64,000 bases of DNA, from IMG/VR virus record IMGVR_UViG_3300035698_017588, positions 31,002 to 95,001 of that record. The stretch is one strand, 5' to 3'. This DNA is from a virus. Below are positions 8,862 through 18,633 of this stretch, piece by piece (the first letter of the stretch is position 1; each line of letters begins with the position of its first letter). Under the pieces are notes generated by a model. That model searched no databases, had not been told where the DNA came from, and saw only the letters and a list, made by a program, of their open reading frames with translations. The translations under genes and the position numbers were made by a program.

Positions 8862-11694
8862 GTCTGAAACAATTCCAGCTCAAGTAATTGATGAAAATCT
8901 GATCGATGCCTGTTTCCCAATGGAAACCTATCGACCACAACAAAAAGAAGTAATACAAGGGATAGTTCGTTCAATCAACGCAGGCTACAAGTACATCATT
9001 GCCGAATGCCCAACCGGAAGCGGCAAAAGCCCAATCGCTGTGGCAATCGGAGCCCTAGCAGGAACCGAACGTGCTTACTACATCACAACCACAAAACACC
9101 TGCAGGACCAGATCGAAACGGACTTCCCAACCGTCGTCACGCTCAAAGGCCGCAATGCCTATCCTTGCACCGCATACCAGAACTTCCAGACTCGACTCTA
9201 CACGATCCTGGGAAAAGACCGGTACACCCAACAAGCAGGTCAAGAACTCAGCTGCGACGAAGGATACTGCAAAACCAACACCGGCAAAGCCAGCTGCAGC
9301 ATGTGCCTCCCAAGCCAAGAGGACAAAGACTCAGGCCGAGTCCAACTGCCACAGGACATGAACTACAGCTTCTGCCCATACTACGAAAAGCTCTACGGCG
9401 GGATCAACGCCCAAACCTGCTCGATGAACTTCAACAACTTCATCCTGCACCTGAACGCCGGGCACCGATTCTCCAAACGCAAAATCCTCATCATCGACGA
9501 ATGTTTTCATGCACACACATTCATCGAAACAGAAATTGGAAGAATTCCAATTGGAAAAATAGTAAACCAAAATCTGCAAGTAAGGGTAAAAAGCTGGAAT
9601 TTCGAAGAAGAAAAATTCGAATATAAACGAGTCACCAGATGGCTAAAAAGAGATGAAAACCAGACATTCAGAGTTCTGGCTGGCAACAGAATAATGTATC
9701 CCACTATGGACCATAAGATTTATACCCCAAATGGTTTAAAAAAGTTGTCTGATTTAAGGATCGGAGACCAAGTCATGGTAAATCAAAATCAGATCACAGA
9801 TGACCAAGAACAATTGGTCTTAGGGTCCTTGTTGGGTGACGCATCACTTGATATTGTCGAATCAAAAAGAATTTCGAAAAAACATGTCAATAAAGGCAAT
9901 AGAGCAAGAATAAGTTTTCGACATGGGCCGAAACAATATGAATACTTGCTTTGGAAACATTCTTTATTAAAAGGACACGTCGGAAATAAACCCAAACTAG
10001 AAAAATCGAAAGGTTTTGGAAAAACAACAGCCAGATTCCAAACAAATTGCGGGTTTTATGATACGATCATGCCGACAATATTAGGCGGTCGTAAAACACC
10101 AAAAGATTCATGGTTGAATAAAATCGGACTACTCGGTCTGGCAGTGTGGTACATGGATGATGGTGGAAAATCGAATGAGACGTGCAGATTTCACACTCAA
10201 GGATTTGATTATTCAGAAGTGGTTACATTAAGAAATTGGTTAACAACCAAATGGGATCTTGCAGCCAGCGTGCACGAAGAGAAAAAAGAAGATGGGAGAA
10301 TCTATTTCTATATCTCATTAAACAGACAATCATCAAGAAGGCTAATGTGGATTATATCAAAATTTGTGCCAACACATATGAGATATAAATTACTTGAATT
10401 CAAAAAATGCAATCAAGACGGGGTTTTAGACAAGTCCATTGAGAACGATTCATGGCCTCAATACAACGACCAAATAGAAAATCAAGATGTAAAAGAAACG
10501 ACATTTCAACCGATCATCTCGATCGATCAGTATAAATATGATTACACCTATGACTTAGAAGTAGAGGATAATCATAATTATGTTGCAGGAAACACTGTTG
10601 TTTCTAATTGCCACAACACCGAAGCCAAGCTGCTTGATTATCTCGAATGTACAGTGAGCAGCCGACACATCGAAACCAAAATCCCAGAACTCACCAACCC
10701 GATGCAATACGTCACATGGTTGCAACAGATCGGGGCGTTGCAATATCTCAAGGACAAAATCGAAACAGCTCGGGAAAGCCAAAATCTCCGGATGATGACG
10801 ACTTATGAGGGACTGTTCAAGAAGTACATCAATATGATGATCGAGGTCAAGGAAGATCCAACAGGGTGGGTCGTCGAGTACGAAGAAGACAAGAAAACGG
10901 ACACGACCAAAGCGACTCTCAAACCGATTTTCGCTCACCGGGCTGCGAAGAATTTTCTATTCAAGTTCGCTGATCACATCGTCTTCTTGAGTGCGACGAT
11001 TCTCAATGCTAAGACTTTCGCACGAAACCTTGGAATCCAAGAGGGAGAATACGCCGCTATGCGTATCCCATCGCAATTCCCGATTGTTAATCGCCCGATC
11101 ACGACTGATTTCGCCGGTCGATTCACTGGTGGCAAAGCCAAAATGAACCAATGGATCGGTGATATGTCTAATAAGGTAGTCGATATCGCACTCCGTTACA
11201 AAGAGCATCGCGGGATCATCCACACTCACTCATTCGGCATTCAACGAGCCCTCATCGAGAAGCTTCCACCGGTAGTGAGTAATCGATTGATTCAACAATT
11301 CGATTTTCAGACCAAAACCGAAATGATCGAAGCCCATGCGAAACGTCCGGGCTCTATTATCATCGCACCGGCCATGCATGAAGGTGTCGACTTGAAGGAT
11401 GATCTGAGCCGATTCCAGATCCTTTGCAAGGTGCCTTTCGCCAATTTCTACGAGAACAAGCAACTCGAAGCTCGAATGGAGCTTGACTCAGAATATTATG
11501 ACTACATTACCATACTCAAAATTATACAAAGCGTAGGGCGCAGTGTTAGAAGTATGACAGATTGGGCAGATACTTTTATTATTGACGAGTCTTTTGACCG
11601 AATTTATCGGAATAATCAAAATTCTTTTCCATTGTGGTTCAAAGAAGCCGTAACCAAGGAGATACCAAATGTCCGCAAAAAGGAAAAGATTTAA
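8860..11694 (+). CDS. DinG/Rad3-family SF2 helicase with intein
   Basis: Q motif YRPQQ, Walker A PTGSGKS, Cys cluster, DE|CH, SAT, EGVD, KVPF, QSVGRSVR. Confidence 0.92.
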   Translation: MSETIPAQVIDENLIDACFPMETYRPQQKEVIQGIVRSINAGYKYIIAECPTGSGKSPIAVAIGALAGTERAYYITTTKHLQDQIETDFPTVVTLKGRNAYPCTAYQNFQTRLYTILGKDRYTQQAGQELSCDEGYCKTNTGKASCSMCLPSQEDKDSGRVQLPQDMNYSFCPYYEKLYGGINAQTCSMNFNNFILHLNAGHRFSKRKILIIDECFHAHTFIETEIGRIPIGKIVNQNLQVRVKSWNFEEEKFEYKRVTRWLKRDENQTFRVLAGNRIMYPTMDHKIYTPNGLKKLSDLRIGDQVMVNQNQITDDQEQLVLGSLLGDASLDIVESKRISKKHVNKGNRARISFRHGPKQYEYLLWKHSLLKGHVGNKPKLEKSKGFGKTTARFQTNCGFYDTIMPTILGGRKTPKDSWLNKIGLLGLAVWYMDDGGKSNETCRFHTQGFDYSEVVTLRNWLTTKWDLAASVHEEKKEDGRIYFYISLNRQSSRRLMWIISKFVPTHMRYKLLEFKKCNQDGVLDKSIENDSWPQYNDQIENQDVKETTFQPIISIDQYKYDYTYDLEVEDNHNYVAGNTVVSNCHNTEAKLLDYLECTVSSRHIETKIPELTNPMQYVTWLQQIGALQYLKDKIETARESQNLRMMTTYEGLFKKYINMMIEVKEDPTGWVVEYEEDKKTDTTKATLKPIFAHRAAKNFLFKFADHIVFLSATILNAKTFARNLGIQEGEYAAMRIPSQFPIVNRPITTDFAGRFTGGKAKMNQWIGDMSNKVVDIALRYKEHRGIIHTHSFGIQRALIEKLPPVVSNRLIQQFDFQTKTEMIEAHAKRPGSIIIAPAMHEGVDLKDDLSRFQILCKVPFANFYENKQLEARMELDSEYYDYITILKIIQSVGRSVRSMTDWADTFIIDESFDRIYRNNQNSFPLWFKEAVTKEIPNVRKKEKI
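9502..10608 (+). mobile_element. Intein (369 aa) with LAGLIDADG endonuclease in helicase motif II
   Basis: Starts CFHAHT, block B TMDH, LGSLLGDAS and WYMDDG, ends YDLEVEDNHNYVAGNTVVSN|C; removal restores IIDECHN. Confidence 0.93.
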
Positions 11695-13180
11695 TTGCCA
11701 TAAATGCGGAAAATCATCAGAAAAAACCGTTCCCAATTTTTACAAACAACTTAAAATCTACGGTTGTTCATATTGCACAGATTGTGCTATAAAGATAAGG
11801 AATTCTAATAACTCAAAAAGAGAAAAAGAAAGAAATAAATCGAAGATAAAGAATAAAGATCTTGTTGGGGCAATATGTGAGAAATGCGGGCAAACCAGAT
11901 CGATTCAATATAGATTAGCAAAACAATCTAAACTATGCTACTCTTGTGCGGCCAAAGAATCACATAGATCACATCGCGATTCATATTTAATAGGACAAGA
12001 CAAACTAAAAAACAATAATAATTTCAAAAAACTAGTATCAAATGGTATAATGGCGGCTTCAACGCCAGAACAAAGATCAGAGAACGCAAGAAAATCTGCT
12101 GAATATTGGAATAATCCAGAAATTAAAGAATGCATCTTAAAAAGACGCATGGAGCCCGAATACCGCAAAACCATGAGGGAAATTTGGGATAGACCGGGAT
12201 ATAGAAAAGCGGCCTCAAAAAGAGCCAAAGAACACTTTAAAAAGTTGTGGCAAAACGAAGAATTCCGAAACAAAATGGCAATAGCAAGAAGCAAAATGCC
12301 TAGGGAATCAAGCCAACAAAAGATTCTTTCGAATATACTCGATGATCTTAATATAGAACATTTCAAGGAATACCCAATAGGACCTTGGTGTTTTGATTCA
12401 TTCATCCCAGAACATAACTTATTAATAGAAGTACAGGGAGAATATTGGCACTCACTACCAAAGGCTATTAGAAACGATAGATCGAAGAGAACATATATTA
12501 CTAATTATACCGACTACGATGTGTTGTATTTATATGAAAGAGACTTTTATTCCAACAACACTGTCCTGAATAAATTATTAAGTAAATTCGGCATATCTTC
12601 TGTAGATGAAAAAAAATTTGATTTTTCAAATGTATCAATAAAAGTAGAAGAAAATAAGACCATTTCAGAATTTTTATATTCATATCATTATCTCGGGACA
12701 ATAACACACAGTAACAATATTTGTTTTTATCTCAATGATGAATTAATAGCGGTTGGGTGTATAGGGCCATGTTCAAGAAATGAAACGCCAAAAAGACACG
12801 GCTTAACCAACAATGAATGTCGAGAATTAAGAAGATTTTGTATAAAACCTGGATATCATAAGAAAAATTTCGCTAGCTGGTGTTTGAGTAGAATAAGGTC
12901 AGAACACAAAGAATCAAGACCAAAAACAAAAAGAATTTATAGTTTCGCCGATAGCACCATGGGGCACAATGGCACAATCTATAAAGCGGATAACTGGATA
13001 TATGATGGTGACACTCAGCCATCATATTATTATATCAGTAATAATGGTTGGGTTATGCACAAGAAAAGCCTGTATAATATGGCCATAAAAATGGGTTTAA
13101 AAGAAAAAGAGTATGCAGAATTACATGGATACGCAAAGCAACATACAGATAATAAATCAAGGTTTTATAAAGACATCTGA
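11669..13180 (+). CDS. Free-standing homing endonuclease (Zn ribbons, helical repeats, Vsr/DUF559-like nuclease) fused to Mom-like acetyltransferase domain
   Basis: CxxC pairs, FDSFIP..LIEVQGEYWH, then HYLG..ELRRF..SFAD..GHNGTIYKADNWIYDG; AT-rich. Confidence 0.8.
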   Translation: MSAKRKRFNCHKCGKSSEKTVPNFYKQLKIYGCSYCTDCAIKIRNSNNSKREKERNKSKIKNKDLVGAICEKCGQTRSIQYRLAKQSKLCYSCAAKESHRSHRDSYLIGQDKLKNNNNFKKLVSNGIMAASTPEQRSENARKSAEYWNNPEIKECILKRRMEPEYRKTMREIWDRPGYRKAASKRAKEHFKKLWQNEEFRNKMAIARSKMPRESSQQKILSNILDDLNIEHFKEYPIGPWCFDSFIPEHNLLIEVQGEYWHSLPKAIRNDRSKRTYITNYTDYDVLYLYERDFYSNNTVLNKLLSKFGISSVDEKKFDFSNVSIKVEENKTISEFLYSYHYLGTITHSNNICFYLNDELIAVGCIGPCSRNETPKRHGLTNNECRELRRFCIKPGYHKKNFASWCLSRIRSEHKESRPKTKRIYSFADSTMGHNGTIYKADNWIYDGDTQPSYYYISNNGWVMHKKSLYNMAIKMGLKEKEYAELHGYAKQHTDNKSRFYKDI

Positions 13181-13274
13181 GTCTTTCAACCGCGTCTACC
13201 GCAATAATCAAAGCTCGTTCCCTCAGTGGTTCAAAGAAGCGGTAACTGACATTATCCCAAAGGTCGACAGATAA
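13179..13274 (+). pseudogene. Orphaned original 3' end of the helicase gene
   Basis: Reads ESFNRVYRNNQSSFPQWFKEAVTDIIPKVDR*, 19/23 identical to ESFDRIYRNNQNSFPLWFKEAVT starting at 11587; its stop lies 1 nt before the next ATG. Confidence 0.9.
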
Positions 13275-13275
13275 T

Positions 13276-15087
13276 ATGCTTGAAATTGCTAAATTCTCAT
13301 GGTCCAATTACTTAAGCTTCGGTGATTACGTATCAACCGTTGACTTGACCAATTTGAAAGAGTGCTTCATAACCGGGACCATTGAAGACGAAAACGGCAA
13401 TCTGCTCGATGGACGATCCAACGGAGCCGGTAAGAGTAATGTCATTTCGGCCCTTCAATGGACGCTTTTTGGTCGCACCACTCACTCAGCCAACCCCGGC
13501 AATAAAATCAGAAACTGGGGCAGTAAAGCGGATACGTGGGGCAAGGTGGTCCTCGAAAACGGCGATAACATCCTCAGAACACGCACAGCAGATGGAACCA
13601 CGGAAGTCACCTTCTATCACGCTGGAGAAGAAACGTGTGCAACAGCCGACACACTTGGCACGCTCAAAGCACAACAAGCCAAGCTGAACCAAGCATTCAA
13701 GCTCGATTGGGATATCTTCTCCAAAAGCGTTTTCTTTTCATGCTTCGACAAGCCCTGGTTACAAATGAGTGACCAGAAGCGGAAAGAGGTTTTAGAAAAG
13801 CTGCTCAAGTTGGATAGATTGGGATATTACGCCAAGAGTGCTCAAGCGAGAGCCGGTGCTGATACCAGAGATCTTGAGACACAAAAGACTGAAATCAGCA
13901 GCAGAATCCGATTCTTAACCGATCTAAAGACACAGACAGAAGCCCAGAAGAATGCTGCAGACCAATTTGAAGTCAACCGCACTAATCGTATCAACGCCAA
14001 AATCCAACAAAAGAACGACACACAGGTCCAGCTTGACCAATGCCAAGTATACGATATTGAATTAGTACGTGGGTGCTGGGAGCGATATAATGCTCTCAAG
14101 GCCCAAATGACCGAGAAGATCAACGCAGTCCAGACTAACAGGACCAAGACGGCGAATAGCTATAATTATTCTATGCGGCGGGTGGCGGATCTTCAACGAG
14201 AGATCATGGCGTGGGAGAGCAAGAAAGGTACTACGTGTGCGTCTTGCGGTCAGCCGGTTGCCGATGGTCATGTTCATGAGCAAACGACGCCGAAGAGCGA
14301 AGAAAAGGCTTCCTTGGAGTCAACGTTGCCTGATCAAGCTGGTCAGATCGAAGCGATGGATGCGATGATCGCCAAGGTTCAAAAGGTAATGGTCGAACAA
14401 GCACCAAAGATCGAACTGAGCGTTGTAGAAGCAAACGAACGGTATCGGGTGAGCCTCCAGCATCAGATTCAAGGCTTTGATGCCGAGATTGTTCGGATTC
14501 AAGAAGAGGTCGCTCCGAACGTCCAGGCGATGGATGAACTCAAGTCATCGTTGGGTCGGATTAAGCAGGAGATCGGCGAATGTCAGAAGAAGGTCGGAAT
14601 TCTCGAAGAGAGAATCATCCACCTTGAGTACATCCGCAAGGCTTATAGCGATCGATCGAAAGTCAAGAGGGATATTGTCGGACAGCATATTCCCCTAATC
14701 AATGAAAGACTTCGGTATTACTTGGATGTAATGGAGCTTGAAGTCAAAGTACAATTGACTGATAGTCTTGGAGTAGAGAGTAATTATTGGGGGTACGATT
14801 TTCAGAGTAATGGTGAGAAACGTCGTACTGATGTGGCGATGATGCTAGCTACTTATGACCTCCATGAGCAATTGTATGGGCGTCAGTGCAATATGCTTGT
14901 TCTTGATGAGGTTGATGGTCAAATGGATCGTCAGGGGATCAACGCACTGATACATATTATTAAGAATGATTTGGTCAATCGTGCCGGATCGGTTTTTATC
15001 ATTTCGCACAATAATACAATGCAGAGTGTATTCGGAAGCGAAATTAAAGTACGCAAGCGTGCTAAGTTGTCATACCTAGAGTCATAA
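13276..15087 (+). CDS. Rad50/SbcC/gp46-like SMC ATPase
   Basis: Walker A NGAGKS, coiled coil with CASC zinc hook, signature QSNGE, Walker B LVLDE, IISH. Confidence 0.92.
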   Translation: MLEIAKFSWSNYLSFGDYVSTVDLTNLKECFITGTIEDENGNLLDGRSNGAGKSNVISALQWTLFGRTTHSANPGNKIRNWGSKADTWGKVVLENGDNILRTRTADGTTEVTFYHAGEETCATADTLGTLKAQQAKLNQAFKLDWDIFSKSVFFSCFDKPWLQMSDQKRKEVLEKLLKLDRLGYYAKSAQARAGADTRDLETQKTEISSRIRFLTDLKTQTEAQKNAADQFEVNRTNRINAKIQQKNDTQVQLDQCQVYDIELVRGCWERYNALKAQMTEKINAVQTNRTKTANSYNYSMRRVADLQREIMAWESKKGTTCASCGQPVADGHVHEQTTPKSEEKASLESTLPDQAGQIEAMDAMIAKVQKVMVEQAPKIELSVVEANERYRVSLQHQIQGFDAEIVRIQEEVAPNVQAMDELKSSLGRIKQEIGECQKKVGILEERIIHLEYIRKAYSDRSKVKRDIVGQHIPLINERLRYYLDVMELEVKVQLTDSLGVESNYWGYDFQSNGEKRRTDVAMMLATYDLHEQLYGRQCNMLVLDEVDGQMDRQGINALIHIIKNDLVNRAGSVFIISHNNTMQSVFGSEIKVRKRAKLSYLES

Positions 15088-15091
15088 TTTC

Positions 15092-15619
15092 ATGCCAGTT
15101 GATCTAGATAATCTCAGAAGAGCCGCGAACTGCCATAAAGTACAGAAGAACCTGATTCATTATTTTATCGGCAAGGTCGGCAAAGAAAGTATGGGTAGGA
15201 TTGTTGATCCTAGCCAATTGGCCGATATAACTGTGCAGATCCCACAGCTTCACACGAAGTTGGAAATTGTGCCGAACGCTAAGGATTTAAAAATCCAAGA
15301 TGACCACCTATCATTAGAGTGGAATCTATTCGTTCTGGGCACGAAGAGAATGTTCCTGGGGCGTACGGCCCACCAGGATATTATGGCGACACTCCATACT
15401 GTTAAGATGGGTGAACCTGTGAATAGGGTTCATGGTATCGAGTATGGGGTAAACCCGAAGCAGATTATTGCTTTTATTATTCGGGTGTTGAGTAAGCACG
15501 AAGATGGCTACGTTCCTTGGGTGACACCTGAACGTAGTATCGATCAGGTACTCAACTTCGGAATGTTGGGGACAGGATATAGTCACTCAGCCGGTATGGC
15601 TGGTGACATTTATCGCTAA
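15092..15619 (+). CDS. Hypothetical protein
   Basis: 175-aa ORF directly after the Rad50-like gene. Confidence 0.65.
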   Translation: MPVDLDNLRRAANCHKVQKNLIHYFIGKVGKESMGRIVDPSQLADITVQIPQLHTKLEIVPNAKDLKIQDDHLSLEWNLFVLGTKRMFLGRTAHQDIMATLHTVKMGEPVNRVHGIEYGVNPKQIIAFIIRVLSKHEDGYVPWVTPERSIDQVLNFGMLGTGYSHSAGMAGDIYR

Positions 15620-16806
15620 TAGTCGCCTTTGACCATCGCTAGTGTCAAAGCTTCGACCTGGACACGGACGGTGGTCAATTCCTTCTTGGACAGCCCGAGC
15701 ATTGACTCAATGTTCTTGAGTGACACTTTGGCGTCTCCGAATTCTTGCAGGTATCGGTCGTACCAGTACCCTTCGCCGCTCTTGATTTGGCGATAGGCTC
15801 GACAGTTCTCGGTTGGTAGTCGTGCGTCGACCGTTGCGAGGAAGTCATCTGAGATAATTTTGGCAACGTGGTCTTGCTCGGCTTCGTGTGGTACCTCAAT
15901 TGGGCTTGGTGCGTCTGGCCCACACTGACTTGGTGTGAGCATCGTGACGTGGACTTTTTCGGTCACGCTTTGGGTGATGCTCTTGCAGTCTGGTCCACGT
16001 TGGATGGTGATGCCAGATGGGTCGAGGGAGATGACCACTCCGTTTTCTTGTGCTTCTTGTCGGATTGCGGAGATTTGTCCGATGGTCCGGCTTGGGCATG
16101 CCTGGACGTCGAAGTAGACGCTTGCGGCTTGTTCGCTACCTTTGTCGGTGTTGACTTTCTGGTGGCTGATTTTGGAGCTGTTGAGTAGGCTTTCGACGGA
16201 TCTTACGATCTGTTTGTCGGCGTAATCGGTCACGGTATTCGTCCTCGTAGTGGTGGTGATAGGATTTTCCCGTAATTGTTGACGAGTGGCATTAGACAAT
16301 TGTTGACTAAACCACCGAGACATTTGTGTCTCGTCTTGGATTACGGAGTCAGGGTCAGGGTGGCGTTCGCCTACAACAATGGCTCGGATCGGAGATTCAC
16401 CGTCATCGCCTGTGCAACCGCAGTTCTTGCAGGGATTATCACGGCTTTGAATTTCCGATAGAGAACCAGTCTTGTTCTTGTAAGTCCGTGATCCGCACTG
16501 GGTGCATTCGAACTCGTATTTCTTGTGGTAATAGAGCATCACGACGCCACGCCAGATGATGACGTAATAGTCTTGCTCGGCGGCTTCCTTGTCTCGGTAG
16601 TCACCCCCAATGGTGGTACTCATATCTCTAATGTACCTCCGCTTGTGTTTTTCCATTTCGGGGTGGTTTACAACCAACGCCACCACTTCATTTGCCCGGT
16701 CCTGCTCTTCAGCAGTCAAGTTGGCCATCGTTTCATTAGCTAGGCTACCTCGCAGGTAAAGCTCTGGCAGTTGAGTAATAATACTCATAATAGGAAAATC
16801 CTCCAT
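15616..16806 (-). CDS. Putative divergent sigma-70-family factor with zinc-ribbon insertion
   Basis: AAEQDYYVIIWRG (region 2.2-like), CTQC..CKNC insert, MSRWFSQQLSNATRQQLR (region 2.3/2.4-like), C-terminal SLKNIESMLGLSKKEL (region 4 HTH-like). Confidence 0.5.
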   Translation of the reverse strand: MEDFPIMSIITQLPELYLRGSLANETMANLTAEEQDRANEVVALVVNHPEMEKHKRRYIRDMSTTIGGDYRDKEAAEQDYYVIIWRGVVMLYYHKKYEFECTQCGSRTYKNKTGSLSEIQSRDNPCKNCGCTGDDGESPIRAIVVGERHPDPDSVIQDETQMSRWFSQQLSNATRQQLRENPITTTTRTNTVTDYADKQIVRSVESLLNSSKISHQKVNTDKGSEQAASVYFDVQACPSRTIGQISAIRQEAQENGVVISLDPSGITIQRGPDCKSITQSVTEKVHVTMLTPSQCGPDAPSPIEVPHEAEQDHVAKIISDDFLATVDARLPTENCRAYRQIKSGEGYWYDRYLQEFGDAKVSLKNIESMLGLSKKELTTVRVQVEALTLAMVKGDY

Positions 16807-17464
16807 GGCACGTTATTGTGACAGTAAAGAGTTAGAACGATTTTGGTTCGAATGGGCAATGGCATCCAGCACACCCGATTTCGAACCGTTACGACAGGTA
16901 GGAGCGATCTACAGCCGTGTTAAACCCGACCAGATTGTAACACAGAAGACTCAAACGTGCAAGAATCCCTGGCTTCCTCTGAAAGAGCATTTTTTGGTCC
17001 TCTTTGACCCCGTACATGTTACAAGCGAGGCGGGTGACGTTAATTTCGACCTCGAAAGAATACAAGTCAGGGTAGCCGACAGGGTAACACATCAGAGATT
17101 ACTTGACGATGGTTACTACCTGGAGCCGACCGAGTCTTACGCCTGGGAAAGGCTGTTCCTTGAGGTCAAAAAGATGTGTGAAGGAATATCCAGAAAATTC
17201 TCTGTCGAACCTGATTCAAGGATGGAAATCGAACAGGAAGGTCTGGTTATGGTCATCGATAAAATACGGAACAAGAAAATTCGGTATGAGCCAGGCTTGG
17301 CTCCCGTCTTTAATTTTCTGACGACAGCGATCCATCGCTGTATATACAACCACCTGAGGAAATCGACTCGTTATTCAAAGCAGATGCACGAGTTGCGAGA
17401 ACGATTAGACAAGGGTCACCTTGATGTTTCTATGAGAAGTTACAAGCCTATTTCAGGAGTTTGA
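16805..17464 (+). CDS. gp55-like phage late sigma factor (region 2 only)
   Basis: YCDSKEL N-terminus, MCEGISRK, EIEQEGL, YEPGLAPVFNFLTTAIHRCIYNHLRK; near gp46/gp47-like genes as in T4-like phages. Confidence 0.7.
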   Translation: MARYCDSKELERFWFEWAMASSTPDFEPLRQVGAIYSRVKPDQIVTQKTQTCKNPWLPLKEHFLVLFDPVHVTSEAGDVNFDLERIQVRVADRVTHQRLLDDGYYLEPTESYAWERLFLEVKKMCEGISRKFSVEPDSRMEIEQEGLVMVIDKIRNKKIRYEPGLAPVFNFLTTAIHRCIYNHLRKSTRYSKQMHELRERLDKGHLDVSMRSYKPISGV

Positions 17465-17465
17465 A

Positions 17466-17720
17466 ATGAGCAGAGTTAGCGATTTGTTGGATGATGCAGA
17501 TGAATTCATCATCATTACCATGAAGAAAAATAATGATGCCCAATTAGATGTGGGCGTCATTATGGGTTGTGACCCCGGTGGTCCAATGCTTGACGTCCTA
17601 GACAATGTTGTTAAGGACGCTAAAGATGCAGCGAGCAGTTACAGCAAGCGTGCTGAGACGGACAGCGATCAAACCGAAAGTGACGGTAATTCAAAAACCG
17701 GTTACGCAAGCAGCGTCTAA
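17466..17720 (+). CDS. Small acidic hypothetical protein
   Basis: 84-aa ORF starting 1 nt after the previous stop. Confidence 0.5.
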   Translation: MSRVSDLLDDADEFIIITMKKNNDAQLDVGVIMGCDPGGPMLDVLDNVVKDAKDAASSYSKRAETDSDQTESDGNSKTGYASSV

Positions 17721-18633
17721 TAAACAGACCCTTCAGCGTACTACTCAAGTACGTCACCAACCGATTCCACCACGGACCCAAGTACAACCAATTCCACCAA
17801 GCGAAGCGGCCCCGGTGGTCGCTCGAAGAAACCAATCGGTTAACACGGTCCGAGACCGAATCAACAGGACACGGCGGGAATTAGTCCCCCAAGCTCCTAG
17901 ACGAAAAGTCCCACCCAAAGTCACCTATCTCAGTGCTGACCTAACGGTCGATCAGATCGAAAAAGTCAAAGCACTCAAGGGATCAGCCCAAGGCCGATAC
18001 CTGGTGATTTTGGGTAACGGGCCATCTTTAGAGCAAGTCGATACTAACCGCTTAGCACAGTACGACAATATCAAGCTCTGTACGATCAACGTCCCAGACA
18101 AACGATGCTGGCCAACACCATACTGGGCCTTCTATGATCGATCACAATATCATCGTCACAAAGAATTATACAAGGGCTTTGCAGGAACCGTCTTCAATAG
18201 CACCGGCATCAAAGAAGGCAACGTAGGAAGCATCAAGTTCAAACACAACCCCGGACTAGGTTGGAGTAGAGATATTTCTAGGGGAGTATATGTCGGCATG
18301 TCGAGTGTCTACGCCACCCTTCAAATCGCTGTGTACATGCAATTCAACCGGATATACGTCGTCGGTTGCGATATGAGCGAAAGCATGGACCTAGGCAAGA
18401 CCCATTTTTACGGGATAAACCCAGACGTCAAGCCAGAGGAACGCAAAAAGCGTTTTGTCAAGGAAGCGAATTGGTATGATAGGATGACGGAAGTTTTAAA
18501 AGAAGACGAGAAACAAAAAATCGTGTTTTGTAGTAAGGGTGTAAATAAGTGGCCATTCATGAGTCACTTTACTACTGTGAGGCCAGATCAAGCCACACAA
18601 TTTATCATCCAGGATACGGGTTATGCCAGCTAA
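17605..18633 (+). CDS. DUF115/Maf/CstII-like glycosyltransferase-fold protein with basic Pro/Gln-rich N-terminal extension
   Basis: VILGNGPSL, SSVYATLQIAVYMQFNRIYVVGCD, THFYG. Confidence 0.75.
   Translation: MLLRTLKMQRAVTASVLRRTAIKPKVTVIQKPVTQAASNKQTLQRTTQVRHQPIPPRTQVQPIPPSEAAPVVARRNQSVNTVRDRINRTRRELVPQAPRRKVPPKVTYLSADLTVDQIEKVKALKGSAQGRYLVILGNGPSLEQVDTNRLAQYDNIKLCTINVPDKRCWPTPYWAFYDRSQYHRHKELYKGFAGTVFNSTGIKEGNVGSIKFKHNPGLGWSRDISRGVYVGMSSVYATLQIAVYMQFNRIYVVGCDMSESMDLGKTHFYGINPDVKPEERKKRFVKEANWYDRMTEVLKEDEKQKIVFCSKGVNKWPFMSHFTTVRPDQATQFIIQDTGYAS

Noticed and set aside
9006-9626. Long alternative-frame ORFs in the AC-rich tracts (also around 15675-16188 and 19997-20200)
   Set aside because: They are by-products of T-poor strand bias suppressing stop codons and have no protein motifs.
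11669-13180. Group I intron around the endonuclease
   Set aside because: There is no non-coding room for a ribozyme core, and the duplicated helicase end explains the structure without splicing.
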